A stretch of 64,000 bases of DNA from Heteronotia binoei (Eukaryota). The notes under the pieces were generated by a model. That model was given only the letters and a program-made list of their open reading frames with translations. It had not been told where the DNA came from and made no database searches. Below are positions 59,550 to 64,000 of the stretch, piece after piece. Position 1 is the first letter of the stretch. Every line of letters starts with the position of its first letter. The position numbers and the translations under genes were made by a program. The stretch lies in NCBI RefSeq assembly GCF_032191835.1, contig NC_083230.1:76074001-76138000 (forward strand), given 5' to 3'.

Positions 59550-62500
59550 ATGTTTAAAAGACTTTTATTTTCAAGTGAAAAAAAGGAAAGGGAAAGTGGG
59601 TATAGAAAAGTAAAAAAAAATCTGTTTAGAAAAATAGAATACATTCTGCATACTACTATATCCTCAAATACAAGAGAATTCCATCATATTCTTATTATTA
59701 GACATTTAGCTTCTTATCACATTAGTCATATGAAATTATGTTGTAAATTCCCCTTTAAATTATCAGTTTAATTTATGTTTAGTTCATATTCCAATCAAAT
59801 AATCTGAAGGGTATTCACCACCATTCATCATTAAAGCAGTTTAAGTATCTAACTATACATATAACTTCTCCCAGTATTTTCTTGCTTCCTCTTTGGATTT
59901 CCCAGCAAGATAAATAGTCCATCTCTGCTGCTTCCAATACTCCCAATCAGCTCCTGCTTCGTAGGTAACTCTTGAAGCTTCCATTTCTGGGCAAACAAAA
60001 TCCTAGCTGCAGTATTAATATGTGCCATCAAATGTCTTATTTCTTTTGTATAGTCATTAGGATATATAGCCAACAAAAACAGTTCTGGTTTAAACTGGAT
60101 CTGCATCTTCAAAATCTTTTGTAATAGTTCATGAACCATCTTCCTGTACTCTTTCACCTTCTCACAAGTCCACCACATATGATAAAATGACCCCACCTGT
60201 TTTGTACATTTCCAACATTTGTTAGTCATATTAGAATACATTCTAGAAAGTTTTTGAGGAATTACATACCATCTATAAAACACCTAATTGAACAATGCAA
60301 TCCTAAACAGGATGATTTCAAAGGACATTGATTTGGTTAGTTTAATTTTTGAATTCCATAAAGTCTCCCATTCATCTAATATAATATTACGCCCTATATT
60401 CTTTGCCTATTGTACCATACAATCTCATCTTGCATCCTCTGTAGTAGATAAGAGTAGATTTTTGAAATTAATTTTTCTTGGGGCCTAAAAATATTTCGTA
60501 TTGATCCTTGTTAAACCCTATTGCCTTGTTTTTTACATATCTGGACTCTGCGTTCTGAGCTCATGTTCTGAACTCATGTTAATGTTCTTACTTTCTAGTT
60601 CTTCCTTAATTTAGTTGATTATCTTGTTTCAATAAGTCCTCATACTTATAACATTGATTTGGGTTCATAAGATTTGGTGGTGTGAAGCTACAACAGGGGA
60701 TACCCATCTTGGAATACTTTTATAAATTTTTGGTTTTAACCATGCCCATGTATGGTAAAGAGATTTTCACAACCAGTGGTTTTAGAAATAAGAGTGGCCT
60801 TCTAATCTTTGATACCACAAATATGCATGCCAGCCTTGAGTAAGTTCATGCCCTCCAAAAGGAGCTGTCTTCTATCTTGTAGCAAAGTCCAATCTCTCAG
60901 CCAGGTCAGCACCAAGGCCCTATAGTACAGTTGCCAGTTTGGCAGGCCTAGACCTGCTCTTTTTTTACAGTCTAATACTTTGAGTTTAATCCTTGGTTTT
61001 TTCTTCTGCCAAATATATGCCGAAATCATCTTATTAAATTCTTGAAAGAAGGTATTAGTTAAAAGCACTGGGATGGTTTGAAATAAGAATAACAATCTTG
61101 GCAATACATTCATTTTGATCGAAGCTATTCTTCCCATTAAAGATATGTTCAAATCTCGCCATTTTTCCAAATCTCATTGGATTTCTTTAAGCAGTTTATC
61201 ATAGTTATCTGTCTTTAGGGTACTAAACTTTCTTTAAGCAGTTTATCATAGTTATCTGTCTTTAGGGTACTACACTTGTTTGACATATAAATACCTAAGT
61301 ATTTCACTTTCTTCTCGTAGAAAAATTTGGACTTTTCTTGAAAGGATTAGATTTGTTCTATTGTCATATTCTTAGTCAAAAATTTTGTCTTTCCATAGTT
61401 TATCTTCAATCCTGTCCAGTAACCAAATTGGCTAATCTTATTTGTTAAGTAATCAATTGAATTGAGTGGTTGTTCTAATATGAAGACCAAATCATCTGCA
61501 AATGCCCTCAATTTGTATTGCTCACCTTTGACCAGTGCACCTTTCATATTAGAATCTTCTCTTATCTGTTTATTCAAAATCTCCAAACATAAATAAACAA
61601 AAGTGGTGGCAATGGGCATCCTTGTCTTGTACCCTTCTGGATAGCAATTGGTTCTGATAATTCACCATTCACCATCACCTTGGCACTTTGAGATGAATAT
61701 ATTGATTGTATCATTTTCAAAAAGTTCTCACCACATTCCATGCCTCTCAATTGTTGTATCATTAATTGCCACTGAACATTGTCAAAGGTTTAAGAACATA
61801 AGAGAAGCCATGTTGGATCAGGCCAACGGCCCATCAAGTCCAACACTCTGTGTCACACAGTGGCAAAAATTTTTATATACACACATACACTGTGGCTAAT
61901 AGCCACTGATGGACCTGTGCTCCATATTTTTATCTAAACCCCTCTTGAAGGTGGCTATACTTGTGGCCGCCACCACCTCCTGTGGCAGTGAATTCCATAT
62001 GTTAATCACCCTTTGGGTGAAGAAGTACTTCCTTTTATCCGTTTTAACCTTTCTGCTCAGCAATTTCATCGAATGCCCACGAGTTCTTGTATTGTGAGAA
62101 AGGGAGAAAAGTACTTCTTTCTCTACTTTCTCCATCCCATGCATTATCTTGTAAACCTCTATCATGTCACCCCGCAGTCGACGTTTCTCCAAGCTAAAGA
62201 GTCCCAAGCGTTTCAACCTTTCTTCATAGGGAAAGTGCTCCAGCCCTTTAATCATTCTAGTTGCCCTTCTCTGGACTTTCTCCAATGCTATAAGATGTTT
62301 TCTCTGCATCTAAGCAAATTAAGGCTAGCTGTTTCTCTGGATGACTTTCATAATACTCCAGTATATTACATATAGTCGTGACATTATCTTTCAAATATCT
62401 TCCTGGCAGAAATCCTGCTTGATCCCGATGTATAATAGTCAACAAAATCTTCTTCAAATGCTGTGACAGGATAGAAGCGAAAATCTTGTAATCCACGTTC

Positions 62501-64000
62501 AAGAAAGAGATTGGTCTAAAATTCTTTACATCTTTAAAGTCTGCACCTTCCTTTGGGATTAGAGATATTGTGGCTTCTTGCCATGTCGGTGGGGTTTCGG
62601 CTTCCCTCTGAATAGTTTCTATCAGGTGTTTAAATGGGACCGATAAACAATCTTCAAAAGCTTTATAAAATTCTGCTTGTAAGCCATCTGGCCCAGGTGA
62701 TTTACCATTTTTTTGAGAAGCTATTGCCTCACATACTTCTCTTATCATTATTGGTTCATTTAAAATTTTTTGTTGATCATCTGTACGTTTATTAAGATTG
62801 TTCTGTTTAAGATAATCTTCTAGACCTTCCTTTGCCACTTTTTTATCTTCACATAGCTTTTTGTAAAATTGTTCCATAATTTGAAGTATCTCCTGTTTAT
62901 GAAATTTCTCTGTATTGTTTTCATCTCTCAAAGATGTTATAATTCTCTTCGTATTTTCTTTTTTCAGTCTATACGCCAGCCATCTCCCAGGTTTATTGGC
63001 ATGTTCAAAATAATTTTGTTTTGCATATTTCAATTTTCTCTCTACTTCTTCCACTAATAATAGATTAAATTGATGTATCTTTTTAATTTTGTCTTGAAAT
63101 TCTTGTTTTGTCGGTTGTAGTTTTAGGTTTTTATCAGCTTGTTCTGCCTGCTTCCTTAACTTTTGGAAATTCTTAGTCCTTTCCTTCTTTTTCTTGACAT
63201 TGAATCTAATTGCCAGCCCCCTAAAATATGCTTTAGTTGCATCCCATACTACCTGCAAATTCACCTCCTGAGTTATGTATTGTTTGAAGAAAAAATTCAT
63301 TTCTTCTTCAGTTTTCTGGAGAAATTTTTTGTCTTTTAGTATTTGTGTATTTAGCCTCCAGTTTTTTCTTCTTTGCATTCCTTTAAGCTTTATAATTACT
63401 GGACTATGATCAGATATCACCCGCTTTTGCTAATTCTTTCATCAAACTTGTAGAAAGCCAACACAATATCAAGTCTTGACCAAGACTGATGACTGGATGA
63501 ATAGTATGTAAAGTCTCTTGATTTTGGGTATCTCGTCCTCCATGCATCTACTAGCTCTAATTCTTCAGCTAGCTTAAGAGAACTTGTTGGCAACTGTGAA
63601 CCTTTAAATTTAATTTGCCTATGTATCTTCCTGTCCAGTTGTCTATCAAAAACTGCATTAAAATCTCCAAGTATGCAATATTCTGTATAATCTAGAGTCG
63701 CTAATTTGAGATGCAGGTCCTTGAAAAAAATTTCATTTGGGGCATAAATATTTACTAACAAGATTTTTCTGCCCTCCACTGTAATTTCCACCAGTAAGGT
63801 TCTTCCATCTTCTGATGCAAAGGAAAGCTGTGGATTAAATTTATCTTTTACATATGTTATCATGCCTCTCTTCTTTTTATTCATATCCATTGCAGCAAAT
63901 AGGTTGCCGAATTTTTTATTCTTTAACAAGTTTTGATTTTTGGCCAGTATATGGGTTTCTTGTAAACAAATATCAGCTTCCAATTTTGCTAGGTATTTAA
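59550..64000 (-). mobile_element. L1-clade LINE, decayed, runs off the window
   Basis: APE endonuclease (CLQETH, NIYAPN, GDFN, SRLD, SDHSP), RT (KSPGPDG, FRPISFLNVDYKI, GTRQGCP, AFADD), C-terminal CWKC..HMWWTC, AATAAA at 59564-59569 (minus). Confidence 0.95.
61791..62295 (-). mobile_element. Young CR1 nested in the L1 RT
   Basis: ALEKVQRRATRMIKGLEHFPYEERLKRLGLFSLEKRRLRGDMIEVYK; splits L1 LDAEK|TFDNV. Confidence 0.93.

Overview
Eukaryotic vertebrate DNA, most likely a squamate reptile and possibly a gecko, judged from Squam/Sauria-type SINEs, CR1/L2/L1 LINEs and hAT MITEs. Contents from left to right: (1) The end of a replication-dependent histone cluster with H1, a diverged AT-rich H2B and canonical H3.2, all on + with stem-loops. 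No H2A or H4 is in view. (2) A spliced F-type lectin (FTLD)-pentraxin fusion gene at 10549-24727, whose first/signal exon was not found. Its fucose-binding His and most pentraxin Ca2+ ligands are substituted. (3) Two decayed but terminally complete DIRS1-type tyrosine-recombinase retrotransposons with ITRs and ICR: 11442-16709, intronic in gene 1, and 25474-31089. (4) A TE-dense intergenic block with hAT MITEs showing 8-bp TSDs, two solo LTRs and CR1/L2 pieces. (5) A second lectin gene from 44852 with a signal exon and two intact FTLDs; its 3' end is unresolved. Its intron holds an antisense Ngaro-type YR retroelement (52486-57909) that carries an SGNH hydrolase ORF. (6) A decayed L1-clade LINE from about 59550 to the window end, with a nested CR1. 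The most unusual signals are in the Ngaro element: the SGNH ORF has no ATG and sits behind a canonical 3' splice site that is in frame with a donor in gag, the termini join into a 22-bp palindromic recombinase-like site, and the 5' region is a mosaic of SINE heads and YY1-like motifs. All calls were made by eye; no alignments or database searches were run.
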